In this document: positions 1 to 9,798 of the stretch, piece after piece
How positions within the stretch are numbered: position 1 is the first letter of the stretch
Layout: every line of letters starts with the position of its first letter
From: Cenarchaeum sp.
GTDB taxonomy: Archaea > Thermoproteota > Nitrososphaeria > Nitrososphaerales > Nitrosopumilaceae
NCBI GenBank assembly: GCA_963693095.2
Contig: OY843768.1
Span: 160,001 to 224,000 of the forward strand
Length of the DNA: 64,000 nt
Direction of reading: 5' to 3'
Position numbers and translations under genes: made by a program
Notes under the pieces: generated by a model
Told to the model about the DNA's origin: nothing
The model's input: the letters and a program-made list of their open reading frames with translations, nothing else
Databases searched by the model: none

Positions 1-1
1 C

Positions 2-298
2 GGCGGCGAGCAGACGCTCGGGACGTTTGCGCACAACGAGCACTATGTACCCGGCACCGGATGGGCAGCCGCCGAGGACATGCCGACTGCAAGGCACGGA
101 CTCGGTGCGGCGGCAGCCGGCGAGCGCATATACGCCATGGCCGGCGGCATAGAGCCCGGCGGGGGCGTGAGCGGCCTGGCCGAGTCGTACCGTGACCCCG
201 TTCACGTGCCCGAGTTTGGCGCAGTTGCGGCAACCATGGCCGTCGCGCTAGGGGCCGCCGCCGCCGCCGGCGCGCTCACTCGCCGAGCACCCCGATGA
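2..298 (+). CDS. Kelch-repeat protein with PEFG-CTERM sorting signal (5' partial)
   Basis: Open frame from the window edge: GGEQ..E.Y.P..W...MPTARHG...IYAMAGG Kelch motif, then VPEFG, a hydrophobic helix and a basic tail. Confidence 0.8.
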   Translation, partial: GGEQTLGTFAHNEHYVPGTGWAAAEDMPTARHGLGAAAAGERIYAMAGGIEPGGGVSGLAESYRDPVHVPEFGAVAATMAVALGAAAAAGALTRRAPR

Positions 299-1808
299 CC
301 TTTCCGGGAATGTCGCCTAGCCTGCTGACTGCAAGGACCCTCTCATAGCCGAGTCCGCGCAGGTTGGCCGCTATTGCAGTCGCGCGCACGACGTCAGGCC
401 CCAGGCCCAGCGCGCACATTCTCGTTCCGGCCGAGCGCGCCGCGATGACTGACTCGCGAACCGCGCCAGCGTTGGAGGGCTCGCCGTCAGTCATCGTGAG
501 GAGCGTCTGCGGCCGCTCGATCGCAATCACCCTTGCCATCGTCGCGTACACCTCGGCTAGCGGCGTTGACCCGTTGGCCTCGATCTGGGCCAGGCGCCTC
601 GCGCAGGGAACGTCCCACCTCTGCGCGGCGCGCTTTATCTCCCAGCACACGACTGACTTTGCTGACGTGCTAAACGCGTATACCGAAAAGCGCGCACGCA
701 GCAGCGCGAGGACCTCGCAGAGGGCGAGTGCGGCCTTTTTGTACTCGGACTGCGAGGAGGCGATGCTCGAGGAGTGGTCCAGGAGCATCATCACGTCTGC
801 GTGAATCTCGCGCCGCTCATCGCGCACAAAGGCGCCTTGGGCCGAGCCTGACTCGATGTGCGCCTCGACGTCGAGCTCGTCGCCGCTTGAGGCGTGCGTC
901 TCTGACCAGCGCGACTTCCAGTCGCGAAACCGCATCTTTAGGCGCGCGATGAGCTCGTGGTCATATATCGAGGACTCGTCGACATCGGTGAGCGGCGGCA
1001 CGCACAGGCCGGCGAACACCTGCTCGCCGCCCCCGCCGGCGATTCCCCTGAGCGACTCGTACTCGCCGAGGATCGCCTCATCGGCAACTGCGGCGCGCAA
1101 TGTCCCCCTTGGGATCCCCATGGCCCCCTCGACTCGCGCAATGGACCTCGGGATGTCATCCTCGCCTAGCGGCATGTCCGGCCTCGACCACGGGAACGCA
1201 ATGGGCACGCTCGCTATGGGGTCGATCTCAAGCTCGCGCAGTATGGCCGGCACTGCGGCCTCTAGGGCATCGGCATCGCCGCCGAGTGCGGCCTCGACTG
1301 CGCCTGAGCCGAGCTCGCCGGCCCTCACGGCAGCGTCGAGCTGCCTCTCGGATATGTCGCCCTTTGTGTCGCCGAACAAAAAGTTCTGCAAAAACGCCTC
1401 GGCTGCCCGTGGCCTGCCATAGACGGAGTTGAGGAGCGGCCTGTACAGCCACTGAAACGCGTGGTTGAATATGACCTCGCCGGCCATGCCGCGCCACTCG
1501 CGCAGTCCGGCGATCTCTGTGCGGCGGACCTCAAGGGCGTTGAGGACAAAGCCAAATGCGTGGTCGCCGCTCATGTCGCGCCCGCCATGGCGCCTCCGCA
1601 TCGCCGCGTGCCAGACGTTGGCCCTGATCTGCCTGTACCTGTCAAGCCCAGAGCCGGAGAGTGACTCCATTGGCGCGACGCGAATGGTCTTGCCCGCGCG
1701 CCACGGCGCCGGCGCGAATGACACGGCGACGCGTCCGTCGCCGGACCAGCAGCGGGCCAGGAACGTGGCGATCTCGGCAGTCGCGCCGGATCCGAGCCCG
1801 TCGCGCAC
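276..1808 (-). CDS. vWA-domain protein (NorD/CbbO-like partner of AAA ATPase)
   Basis: MIDAS motifs DHSSS, T(P)L and TDGEP in the C-terminal domain; abuts the AAA gene. Confidence 0.8.
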   Translation of the reverse strand: MRDGLGSGATAEIATFLARCWSGDGRVAVSFAPAPWRAGKTIRVAPMESLSGSGLDRYRQIRANVWHAAMRRRHGGRDMSGDHAFGFVLNALEVRRTEIAGLREWRGMAGEVIFNHAFQWLYRPLLNSVYGRPRAAEAFLQNFLFGDTKGDISERQLDAAVRAGELGSGAVEAALGGDADALEAAVPAILRELEIDPIASVPIAFPWSRPDMPLGEDDIPRSIARVEGAMGIPRGTLRAAVADEAILGEYESLRGIAGGGGEQVFAGLCVPPLTDVDESSIYDHELIARLKMRFRDWKSRWSETHASSGDELDVEAHIESGSAQGAFVRDERREIHADVMMLLDHSSSIASSQSEYKKAALALCEVLALLRARFSVYAFSTSAKSVVCWEIKRAAQRWDVPCARRLAQIEANGSTPLAEVYATMARVIAIERPQTLLTMTDGEPSNAGAVRESVIAARSAGTRMCALGLGPDVVRATAIAANLRGLGYERVLAVSRLGDIPGKVIGVLGE

Positions 1809-2639
1809 CTACTGCCCCCCAAAGATCGACGTTATGATTCCGGCCACCTTTTTGTGCTCGATCTCGCCCCACTGCGCGTACACGTTGCCAAAGACGGTGC
1901 CGGCGGCCTCGCCGGCGGCCATGCCGGACTGCACGAGCCGGCCGTACGCTATGGTCTCGCGCAGGCTCGGCGCGTATGCGAGCTCCTCGACTGCGGCGGC
2001 CTCGCGAAGCGCGCCGGCGAGGCGAATTCCGGCCTTTAGGTCGCCGTCATCGCATCCGGACTCGCCGATGTGGCGCCTCGCGATTGCCTCCTCGGTCTCT
2101 GCCGGCGGGTACTCTAGCCTTATCCTGACCGGAAAGCGGCTCAAGAGCTGCGGCGGGAGCTCCTTTGTTCCGACGTGCGAGAGCGGGTTTATCGTCGCGA
2201 CTGCAAACCAGCCCTCGGCTGCCTTGACTGACTCGCCGGCTGACTCTTTTAGGACGAGCTCGCGCCGGTCGTCGAGTGCCTCATCGAGCCTGAGTAGGAC
2301 ATCGGCCTCGGCTGCGTTGAGCTCGTCGAGGTACATGACGCCGCCGCGCCTCATCGACCTCACGAGGACGCCCTCTGAAAACGCAACGTTGCCGCCCTCG
2401 AGCGTCTTTGACCCAACAAGGTGGCTCTCGCGCGTGCGCAGGCTAAAGTTGGCCGACTCGAGGGCCAGGCCGCGGGCCTGCGCGAACTCGCGCACAAGCG
2501 TGGTTTTGCCTGTTCCCTTGGGCCCGATGACTAGAGCAAAGAGTCCGGCGTCGTGTGCGCGGCCGAGCGTCTCTAGTGAGCCGTTCCAGTCAAGGTATCC
2601 GGCCGTGGTCATGTGCGCGGCGCGGGGAGGGATAGCCAA
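1809..2639 (-). CDS. CbbQ/NirQ/NorQ (MoxR-class) AAA+ ATPase
   Basis: Walker A GPKGTGKT, Walker B YLDELN, ATINP and LLSRF; start may be the second Met. Confidence 0.88.
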   Translation of the reverse strand: MAIPPRAAHMTTAGYLDWNGSLETLGRAHDAGLFALVIGPKGTGKTTLVREFAQARGLALESANFSLRTRESHLVGSKTLEGGNVAFSEGVLVRSMRRGGVMYLDELNAAEADVLLRLDEALDDRRELVLKESAGESVKAAEGWFAVATINPLSHVGTKELPPQLLSRFPVRIRLEYPPAETEEAIARRHIGESGCDDGDLKAGIRLAGALREAAAVEELAYAPSLRETIAYGRLVQSGMAAGEAAGTVFGNVYAQWGEIEHKKVAGIITSIFGGQ

Positions 2640-2984
2640 TTAAACCTTGTATCCTGGCCTGCGCAGGCTGCCCTGCACAGGCCTTTCTCGCCGGCCTGGC
2701 ACTCGGGGGACACTCATCAGGCACGTGAGCACGCACCAACACATTTTTCGCCAGGAACTACAGTGCCACAGCGCAGCTCCCGGAGGACGCCATAGATCGC
2801 CTATGTCCTGCGCTGCAGGCTGACCTGGACTATGCGCAACAAGACTCTGCTGATTCCCACACACCGGCGTGCAGGCAGCGTGTTACGCGCGGTCTCAGCT
2901 ATAAATATGTCCACGTGATCTGGGTGGCATGAGATGTGACAGGCGCAGACTCGCACGCGTCACACGTGGGGAGCCGACACTGCG

Positions 2985-4190
2985 TTGCTAGACGTGCGCG
3001 TGAGGCGTGTCGTAGACGCAACGCGTGACATGCCTGCGCTGCGCTCACTTGAGATACGTGTTGGCGACGAGGTGATCGTGACTCCGGCGAGATGCGCAAC
3101 GGGATACGAGATGGACATGAACCCACGCCACGGACTTGGAATCGAGCTCGAGAACCGCGTGGCCGTGTATGCGAGGACAATCTACCGCTATGACACGATC
3201 ATGCTGCTAGCCGATCATGACGGACCGAGGAAATTCGTCGATGGCCTAGCAAAGTTCAACGCGCAGGACGTGCCGCTTCGCGTTTGCTCACTCCAAATTG
3301 GCGACATTGCGATGGGCACACCAAATCCGATACTCGAGTGTAGTGATGCGCAGGATCACCTGGTTGATGCACTTGTTCACTCGCAGATAAAGGCAGGCTA
3401 TGACATTGTGTCCGTGCCGCACATGGGACTAAACCCCGAGCAAGCAAAAAGTACACCACACGTTGATGACGTGCCGTCATCCAACGTAGAGAGCCGCACG
3501 GCACCTGACTGGCTACGAAAAAAGCTCTGGTGCGTAAAGGACGAGATTGAGAGCTGCCACAAGCAGGCGCTCCTCTCGATTGACATGGGGTATTTTGCCT
3601 TTGCCGATGTGCTAGAATACATTGTGGACGAGCTTGAACTAAACATGGTGAACATTCTCTACCGCCCACCCGAGTCAGCTCCTGTGGCCTATAAGTGCCT
3701 CCGGAAATACACGCACAGGAATGTCGCGTTTCTTGCCACCAATATCCCTCACGCAAACCTTGCGGATCGACAGGCCTCTACAATCCACTGCATGCCGTTC
3801 TGGGGCGCTGATCTCATGGCACTGTCCACAACGCGCGGGTTTGGCTATCTGGAGAGAAAGAATGACACGCGCAAGCTGCAGGCCCTTGACAGTTGCACCA
3901 TCGGCCTGCGCCCCGTTTCAGATCATAATGACCTCGCACGCACAATCGCCCTGGAGACTGGCATACGTGATGACTCTAGGGCACGCGCGATTCTTGACGA
4001 GCTGGGGGATGCACCGGATGATCATGGCGCGTATGACCGGATAAACTCGCTCCTGCGGCTCCATGAGCTGCGGGTAAGCACAAGGGAGATGGAGACCCTT
4101 GCGAGTGCCATACTAGAAGACGGGGTCGACGAGTATGTTGGAGATCGCGATAATCTGGCCAGCGTGATTCGTCCACAAATTGCCGCGTGA
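2985..4190 (+). CDS. Hypothetical protein, possible degenerate tRNA-guanine transglycosylase (TGT)-like fold
   Basis: 401-aa ORF with an upstream TATAAATA; motif order I.TP / Q..GYDIV..P / GAD / R.H.L...E..L..AI.E...EY resembles TGT-like proteins. Confidence 0.5.
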   Translation: MLDVRVRRVVDATRDMPALRSLEIRVGDEVIVTPARCATGYEMDMNPRHGLGIELENRVAVYARTIYRYDTIMLLADHDGPRKFVDGLAKFNAQDVPLRVCSLQIGDIAMGTPNPILECSDAQDHLVDALVHSQIKAGYDIVSVPHMGLNPEQAKSTPHVDDVPSSNVESRTAPDWLRKKLWCVKDEIESCHKQALLSIDMGYFAFADVLEYIVDELELNMVNILYRPPESAPVAYKCLRKYTHRNVAFLATNIPHANLADRQASTIHCMPFWGADLMALSTTRGFGYLERKNDTRKLQALDSCTIGLRPVSDHNDLARTIALETGIRDDSRARAILDELGDAPDDHGAYDRINSLLRLHELRVSTREMETLASAILEDGVDEYVGDRDNLASVIRPQIAA

Positions 4191-4312
4191 GGGACACTGT
4201 GCCCGTATTTTGAGCAACGCTAATAATGAGTCCCACTACACAGCCTGCCAGAGACGTGCGATTGTTGCGCCTTTAGGGCGGGCGGCATCCGTAATGGATC
4301 CGTCCGTCTGTC

Positions 4313-4720
4313 CTATGTGTACATCAAGCTGACGCGTTTATGCAACTCTTCAAACATGGGCTTGCTTGCGTGCCGCTCGATATACGCCACAATGTCGGCT
4401 CCCTGCTGTGCGTTTACGCCAAATGAGCTGTGAAACCTCATTGGGGACATCATCCTGCATCCGGCATGCCTCTCAACGTGCGCGCTAAGGATTCTGGATA
4501 TGTTCTTCCTCGCGCTGTCCATATCGTGGACGATCATTGCCATGGAGTCTCCACCAACTGACTCTAGTGCCCTGTCACATTCTTCCAAAAACCTGTCCCA
4601 TAGATAGTCTCGCATGCCGGTATCCGTGGCATTGTAGACATGTGTGGACTTTTTGCTCAAGCTTGCATGGGCGATCCTCGCATTTGCATCCTTGAGCGCG
4701 TCTAGCACCTCGTTGAACAC
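4313..4720 (-). pseudogene. N-terminally truncated DUF3800-like protein
   Basis: C-terminal QGADIVAY (QxADxxAY) motif; the N-terminal DES motif is missing and the frame closes about 85 nt upstream. Confidence 0.5.
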
Positions 4721-4936
4721 ATTCTCATATGGCGGCGGGACTGCGTCTCCAATGTGCCTAATGCGCCCATGCCCTGCTGCGGCACAAGTGGGCGGCCGGG
4801 CATGTCATGTCCTGCAAACCTCGGTGCGCATGGTGTGCCGCCTGCAGCGCCTGCGCGCACGAGATGGGATCATGGGAATATCTGTGATCGGCAGCCCTGG
4901 GCATTTATGGACAGTGTAGCCGTATGGCTGGCGCGA

Positions 4937-6391
4937 CTAGGTGTACTTTGCCATGGCCATGCCGGCCCCGTCGAGGATCTTGTGGAGGTGGCTTCTCCAT
5001 GCGGCAAACCCGTCCGGACTGGACGGAAAGTCGCGATAGTGCGCAGTGAGGAGCTTGTTCTGCCCCGTCGTCGTGCGCAGGCCCGCGGCAAGCCTCCTGT
5101 TGAGCGCGCCACGGATGAGTATGCTGAGGCGGCCAACTCCCCCAAAGTCCGGATGCTCGCCCTTTGATATGGCCTCGACGTCCATGTCGCCCAAAAAGTG
5201 CTTCATGCCATAGTTGATCTGCTCGTTGGTCAGCGTCTGGATGAACCTGCGAAAGACCTCGAGGCCGGCAGTCTTGTACCCATACTCGTCAATGTACTCC
5301 TTGTTGTACTGCCACAGGCCGCCCTCGCCGGTGTCGCCTGACTCTACTGCGGCGACTGCGCACTTGCCGGCGATCGTTCCGGCAATGAGGGCCGGCCCTA
5401 TGCCACCGGCATCAAGAGGCTTTGGCATCCACGCCGAGTCGCCAACTAGCATGTATCCGCCCGAGACGAGGCAGTCATTCTGCCTTCTCACCGAGACCTG
5501 AAAGTTTCCGGTCGCATTGTCCGCATCTACTGCGTCCTCGGACAGGCGCGCGTTCTTTATCGCGCGGTTGCGCGTTACATACTCGTTGATGAGCCCAGAG
5601 ACCGAGTCACTCTTGCCGAGGCGCGCGTTGCGCTTTTCCAAAAGCGTCTTTTCAACACCGAGGCCAATGTTGACCTTGTCCTTGCCCTTTGGAAAGACCC
5701 ACCCGTATCCGCCCGGTGCTATGTCCTGGTCGAGGTGTATTATGCAATAGTCGGGATCAAACTCGGTCTTGTCCTCCTCGCCGCCATCAAAGTACATTAT
5801 GTGGCGCCCCGTCGACTCTACGTCCTTCCTGTCGACCTTTCGCTCTATCTTGTCGGTGTTGCGAACCTGGTTGCGCAGCATCGACGTCATGCCCGTGGTG
5901 TCAACCACAATCTTTGCGCTTTTCCTGTATGACTCGCCGGACTTTGCCCTGCCCTCGACGCCGCAGACATTGTCCCCGTCATAGACGAGGCCCGTGAGGT
6001 TTATCCCAAAGTCAAACTCGACGCCCATCTTTACTGCGCGCCGGTTCTGCTCTTGCGGGAGGAGCTGCCTGTTTAGCATGTATCCCTCGCCGTCAAACGG
6101 TATGGCAGTCTCGCGGTCCGGCGAGAAGGCCATGACGCCCTTTACGGTGTGCTCGATCTCCGGACTGGTCCATTTCACGCCCGTGCGCTCGCTCATATAG
6201 TCGATGGCCTCCTTGCTAACCGCATCGCCGCATATCCAGCCGCTCACGCTCTTGCTGCCGGGCATCCTCTCGGGGCTGCGGTCCACGACTAGGACGCGCA
6301 GGCCCTGCGAGGAGTGCTTTGCGACCGAGTGCGCAACGACGGTGCCGGCGAGGCCGCCGCCGGCAATTATGACGTCATAGTCATGCTCCAT
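4937..6391 (-). CDS. Geranylgeranyl reductase family (digeranylgeranylglycerophospholipid reductase)
   Basis: GGGLAG FAD motif, CGDAV, GYGWVFPKG, GDSA..PKPLDAGGI. Confidence 0.88.
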   Translation of the reverse strand: MEHDYDVIIAGGGLAGTVVAHSVAKHSSQGLRVLVVDRSPERMPGSKSVSGWICGDAVSKEAIDYMSERTGVKWTSPEIEHTVKGVMAFSPDRETAIPFDGEGYMLNRQLLPQEQNRRAVKMGVEFDFGINLTGLVYDGDNVCGVEGRAKSGESYRKSAKIVVDTTGMTSMLRNQVRNTDKIERKVDRKDVESTGRHIMYFDGGEEDKTEFDPDYCIIHLDQDIAPGGYGWVFPKGKDKVNIGLGVEKTLLEKRNARLGKSDSVSGLINEYVTRNRAIKNARLSEDAVDADNATGNFQVSVRRQNDCLVSGGYMLVGDSAWMPKPLDAGGIGPALIAGTIAGKCAVAAVESGDTGEGGLWQYNKEYIDEYGYKTAGLEVFRRFIQTLTNEQINYGMKHFLGDMDVEAISKGEHPDFGGVGRLSILIRGALNRRLAAGLRTTTGQNKLLTAHYRDFPSSPDGFAAWRSHLHKILDGAGMAMAKYT

Positions 6392-6450
6392 GGATCGCGC
6401 GCCGCCGCTTGATTCTATTTAAAACCATCTTGGGCACCCGCGATGTCGCG

Positions 6451-6900
6451 CTATTGCGGCGCAGAAAGGAGATCGGCGAGGGTCGACTCGGCGTCTGCAC
6501 GCCTGCCATCAGGCGCCCTTATGCGAACGACGACCTCGCCGCCGCGAGGCGCAAACTCGCCGGCAAGCGTTGCGCGCCCCGCAATGAGATCCTGCTTGTC
6601 AAGCCTGACGCTGATGGTTCCGTCATGCAGGCGCGCGCGAACCTCGGCGACGGCGTCTGCGCGCGACTTGCAGCCAAGTGCGGCACGAACGGCTCGCAGC
6701 GCAGTCTCGGCATCTCGCGCCGTCGCGCCCAGGACGGTGATTGCGTTGCCAAAGTGGCCGCGCAGGACAGATCTTGCGGCGGGATCAGGGCTCGCATCGA
6801 GCATGCGATCCAGTGCGGCAGTCACTGCGCCCTCGCTCTCTGTGGCATGCAGTATCGCGCTAACGGATATGCCTGCGCGCCCTGAACCAGCCCGCGCCAT
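6451..6900 (-). CDS. Archaeal RNA-binding protein (COG1325/DUF54-like)
   Basis: HATE, GHFGNAI and RLDKQ motifs; usual position after rps3ae. Confidence 0.75.
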   Translation of the reverse strand: MARAGSGRAGISVSAILHATESEGAVTAALDRMLDASPDPAARSVLRGHFGNAITVLGATARDAETALRAVRAALGCKSRADAVAEVRARLHDGTISVRLDKQDLIAGRATLAGEFAPRGGEVVVRIRAPDGRRADAESTLADLLSAPQ

Positions 6901-7511
6901 CAGGCCTTTAGGAGCGTAATCTGCTCCTCGGCCGTCTTGATGAGCTTTACCTTTTCGAGCCCAACGTGCCTCACGCGCACAATCCTCTTGACTCCGGCCA
7001 TTATCTCCGAGTTTATCGCGTTATAGCACGTTGCCTGGACAAACTGGTCTATGGTCATGCCGGGAATCTTTTTCTCGATGATCTCTCGCACAACGAGGCG
7101 GAGCGCGTGCTTTTTTGACGAGTTTAGCTGGTGCTGCGTGAGGACGATGACCTTTATGCGGAACGTATAGCCGTCCTTCGTCGAGACGTCGGTGATAAAG
7201 TTGACCTTTGAGGAGCCCCTCCTGATGAGGCTGCGCAGGAACTCCTTTGCGTACTCGTATCCCCTGAATATCGTGCGGGCCTCCTCGCCGTCGACCTCGA
7301 CGATCTTGAAGTAGAGCTTGTACTGGTGCTGCGACGCGTCGCCCTTTAGTATGTCATATAACGTCGTCTCGACGACCCTGCCGCCGAGGCTGTCCTCGTC
7401 GGTGATCGGCACATAGGCTACTGGCTCGTTGCCAAACGAGTCTGGCGTGCGCACGGTGACCCACTTTTTCTCACGCCACCGATCCTTTACTCTTCCCTTT
7501 TTGCGAGCCAA
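6900..7511 (-). CDS. rps3ae: 30S ribosomal protein S3Ae
   Basis: KDRWREKKW, GRVVETTL, LIRRGSSK; TTG start at 7511 about 25 nt below a TTATAA box. Confidence 0.93.
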   Translation of the reverse strand: MARKKGRVKDRWREKKWVTVRTPDSFGNEPVAYVPITDEDSLGGRVVETTLYDILKGDASQHQYKLYFKIVEVDGEEARTIFRGYEYAKEFLRSLIRRGSSKVNFITDVSTKDGYTFRIKVIVLTQHQLNSSKKHALRLVVREIIEKKIPGMTIDQFVQATCYNAINSEIMAGVKRIVRVRHVGLEKVKLIKTAEEQITLLKA

Positions 7512-7797
7512 TTGTGGGCAGGCCTCCTGCGCCTTGTTATAAAGGCATACGGGGCGCGTGGCCTGCGGCCGTGCGCCATCCTCGAGCGCGAACCGCATGC
7601 CATGGACGGCATGACGGCCAGTCGCCGTACAGGGGCGGATCTTGACCAACTGGTTTTATAGGGACTGCTGGCTCGTTTGGGGCGATGAGCGGGGGTTATG
7701 GGGAGGTCGTTTGGCCTTCCGATCATGTGGATTTGGGTCATTTTGGGGCAAAAAACCGGCCAAGAATTATAAAGTACTTGTATGGTAGGGTGTGGTA

Positions 7798-8355
7798 ATG
7801 AAGCCATACAAGGCAATACTGCTGACACTGCACGCCAACGAGGACCTGAGCAACGGTTCTGGTGCCGGCGATATGCCGATCAACCGCACCGCAATGCAAA
7901 AGCTCGTCTATCTCGAGTCACAAAAGCGCCTCTGCGATGCCTCGTACCGCGCCCACTATTACGGACCATATAGCGAGGACGTAGCCGAAGGGCTCATGAC
8001 GCTGTGGGCATTCGGGTATGTGAGAGAAGATGCGCCCAACTATGACACTAGGGCATATACCTACACTCTAGAGTCCGGAGGCCGTAGACTTGGAAAAAAG
8101 CTTGCGTCTGGCGAGCACGATAAAGAGTACGCGGTCATCCGCTCCATCGTGAACACTTGTAGAACACAATGTTCGCTGCAGCAGATAAAACTCTCCCGTG
8201 CTGCTAAAATCCACTATCTGCAAAACGAGCATAAAATGCGTACTCACGACCCTGCAAAATTTGTGACTCTTGGAAAACAGCTTGGCTGGGAATTAAAAAA
8301 GAGAGATATCGGTGCTGGTTTAAAGCTTCTTCAAGCTTTGGGTCTTGCCAACTAG
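7798..8355 (+). CDS. YwgA/Panacea(SocA)-like antitoxin-type protein
   Basis: RTAMQKLVYL...YRAHYYGPYSEDV motif; TATA-like AATTATAAAG at about 7765; overlaps the HD gene. Confidence 0.7.
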   Translation: MKPYKAILLTLHANEDLSNGSGAGDMPINRTAMQKLVYLESQKRLCDASYRAHYYGPYSEDVAEGLMTLWAFGYVREDAPNYDTRAYTYTLESGGRRLGKKLASGEHDKEYAVIRSIVNTCRTQCSLQQIKLSRAAKIHYLQNEHKMRTHDPAKFVTLGKQLGWELKKRDIGAGLKLLQALGLAN

Positions 8356-9637
8356 AGACTTTGCATTCAAGTCGATTCGTGATCCGATTTATGGTTATAT
8401 TGGTGTGTCTGAAACTGAATATAATCTGATAAACACCAAAGTTTTTCGACGACTTCACCACATTAAGCAGCTGTCACATTCATACCTAGTGTATCCTTCA
8501 GCAACACATACGAGATATGAGCATTCACTAGGAACTATGCACATGGCCAGCAAGATGTATGACAGAGTTGAATTCGACAATTCGTACAAAAATAAAAATT
8601 ATGAAGAATACAAGGAGTTTGTTCGAATCGCTGCATTGCTCCATGATATTGGCCATGGTCCATTTTCACACACATATGAATCGGTTCTTTCACACATAAA
8701 TCCCGACATGTCCCAAATACATGAAGAGATCGGCATGGAGTTAATTAAAAATGATGGAGAGATCAATGATCACCTTGGGAAAACCAAACATGAGATCGCC
8801 CACATTCTGGAGGGGACAGGGCGCCCGAATCGAAAATACCCACTATTGTCATCAATCGTTTCAGGCAACCTTGACGCAGACAAGCTTGACTATTTCGCAC
8901 GAGATTCATATCACTTAGGTGTCAAATATGGGGTGGTAGACACTGATCGAATACTGCACGTCCTTCGAAAGGATCGCACCGGAAAGCATATTGGCGTCCA
9001 TCTGAAGGGTAATCACGTCCTAAACAGCTACCGAATGGCGAGATATCTGATCGCGACTCAAATCTACTCCCATCACACACGTCTTGCCGCTGACCAGATG
9101 TTTATTGCGGCCTCCAAGATCGCCTTTGATGACGAACACGTGCTTGACAGAGATGATTTCACATTTGGTTCAAAATCTTTTCTACAATGCCACACAAACC
9201 TTGATGATTCGTCATTTGTGCACATGATTATGTCACATGATAATGCCAACGTATCTAAGTTAATACTTGCTAACATTCAGCAGAGACGCCTGCTCAAACC
9301 TTGCCTCACATTGCCGTCGAAAACCCTCAAAGATGGCACGGTAAAAGACCAGATCCTTGACACTAAAACAATTCTTGATGATGCTTCTACGCAGATCAGA
9401 AAAAGCCTCCATCTTGCCCCACACGAGCTCATAGTCTACAAATCCGACATTCCCATAAAGCTGTTCAACAAGTCTGATATAATGATCCTTGATGATGAGG
9501 GAAAAGAACCCGATACTGCTCCAATATCCCCGATTCAGGCTGACTTGGGAATTCTCAACTATTACGTCTTTGGCATAGCCAAGAAACGTTCGCAAATTCG
9601 AGAAAAATTTGTTAAAATGGTGCCATTTTCCCAATGA
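8345..9637 (+). CDS. HD-domain dNTP triphosphohydrolase (SAMHD1/YwfO-like)
   Basis: IRDPIYG, RL..IKQL, HTRYEHSLG, LLHDIGHGPFSH, DADKLDY; markedly AT-rich. Confidence 0.88.
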   Translation: MPTRDFAFKSIRDPIYGYIGVSETEYNLINTKVFRRLHHIKQLSHSYLVYPSATHTRYEHSLGTMHMASKMYDRVEFDNSYKNKNYEEYKEFVRIAALLHDIGHGPFSHTYESVLSHINPDMSQIHEEIGMELIKNDGEINDHLGKTKHEIAHILEGTGRPNRKYPLLSSIVSGNLDADKLDYFARDSYHLGVKYGVVDTDRILHVLRKDRTGKHIGVHLKGNHVLNSYRMARYLIATQIYSHHTRLAADQMFIAASKIAFDDEHVLDRDDFTFGSKSFLQCHTNLDDSSFVHMIMSHDNANVSKLILANIQQRRLLKPCLTLPSKTLKDGTVKDQILDTKTILDDASTQIRKSLHLAPHELIVYKSDIPIKLFNKSDIMILDDEGKEPDTAPISPIQADLGILNYYVFGIAKKRSQIREKFVKMVPFSQ

Positions 9638-9798
9638 TCAGGTACTTCAGACGTTGCATTTTGTGACCTTGTGACAACAGGAACATAAACTGGAGTATTC
9701 CTAGCTTCGCTTGCCATATCATTTTTCTACGTACGTCGCGCATACAGCCCTGCCTGTTGTTCGTGAGCTGCAAGTCAATAACTTGCTTGGTTCATACG

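Noticed and set aside
1465-2643. Long antisense ORFs (also 31253-32257, 18034-18897 and many others)
   Set aside because: Shadow frames of well-supported high-GC genes, Ser/Arg/Pro-rich with no motifs
2966-2983. GGGAGCCGACAC match to the element end at 35018
   Set aside because: Only 12 bp and no accompanying palindrome; could be chance
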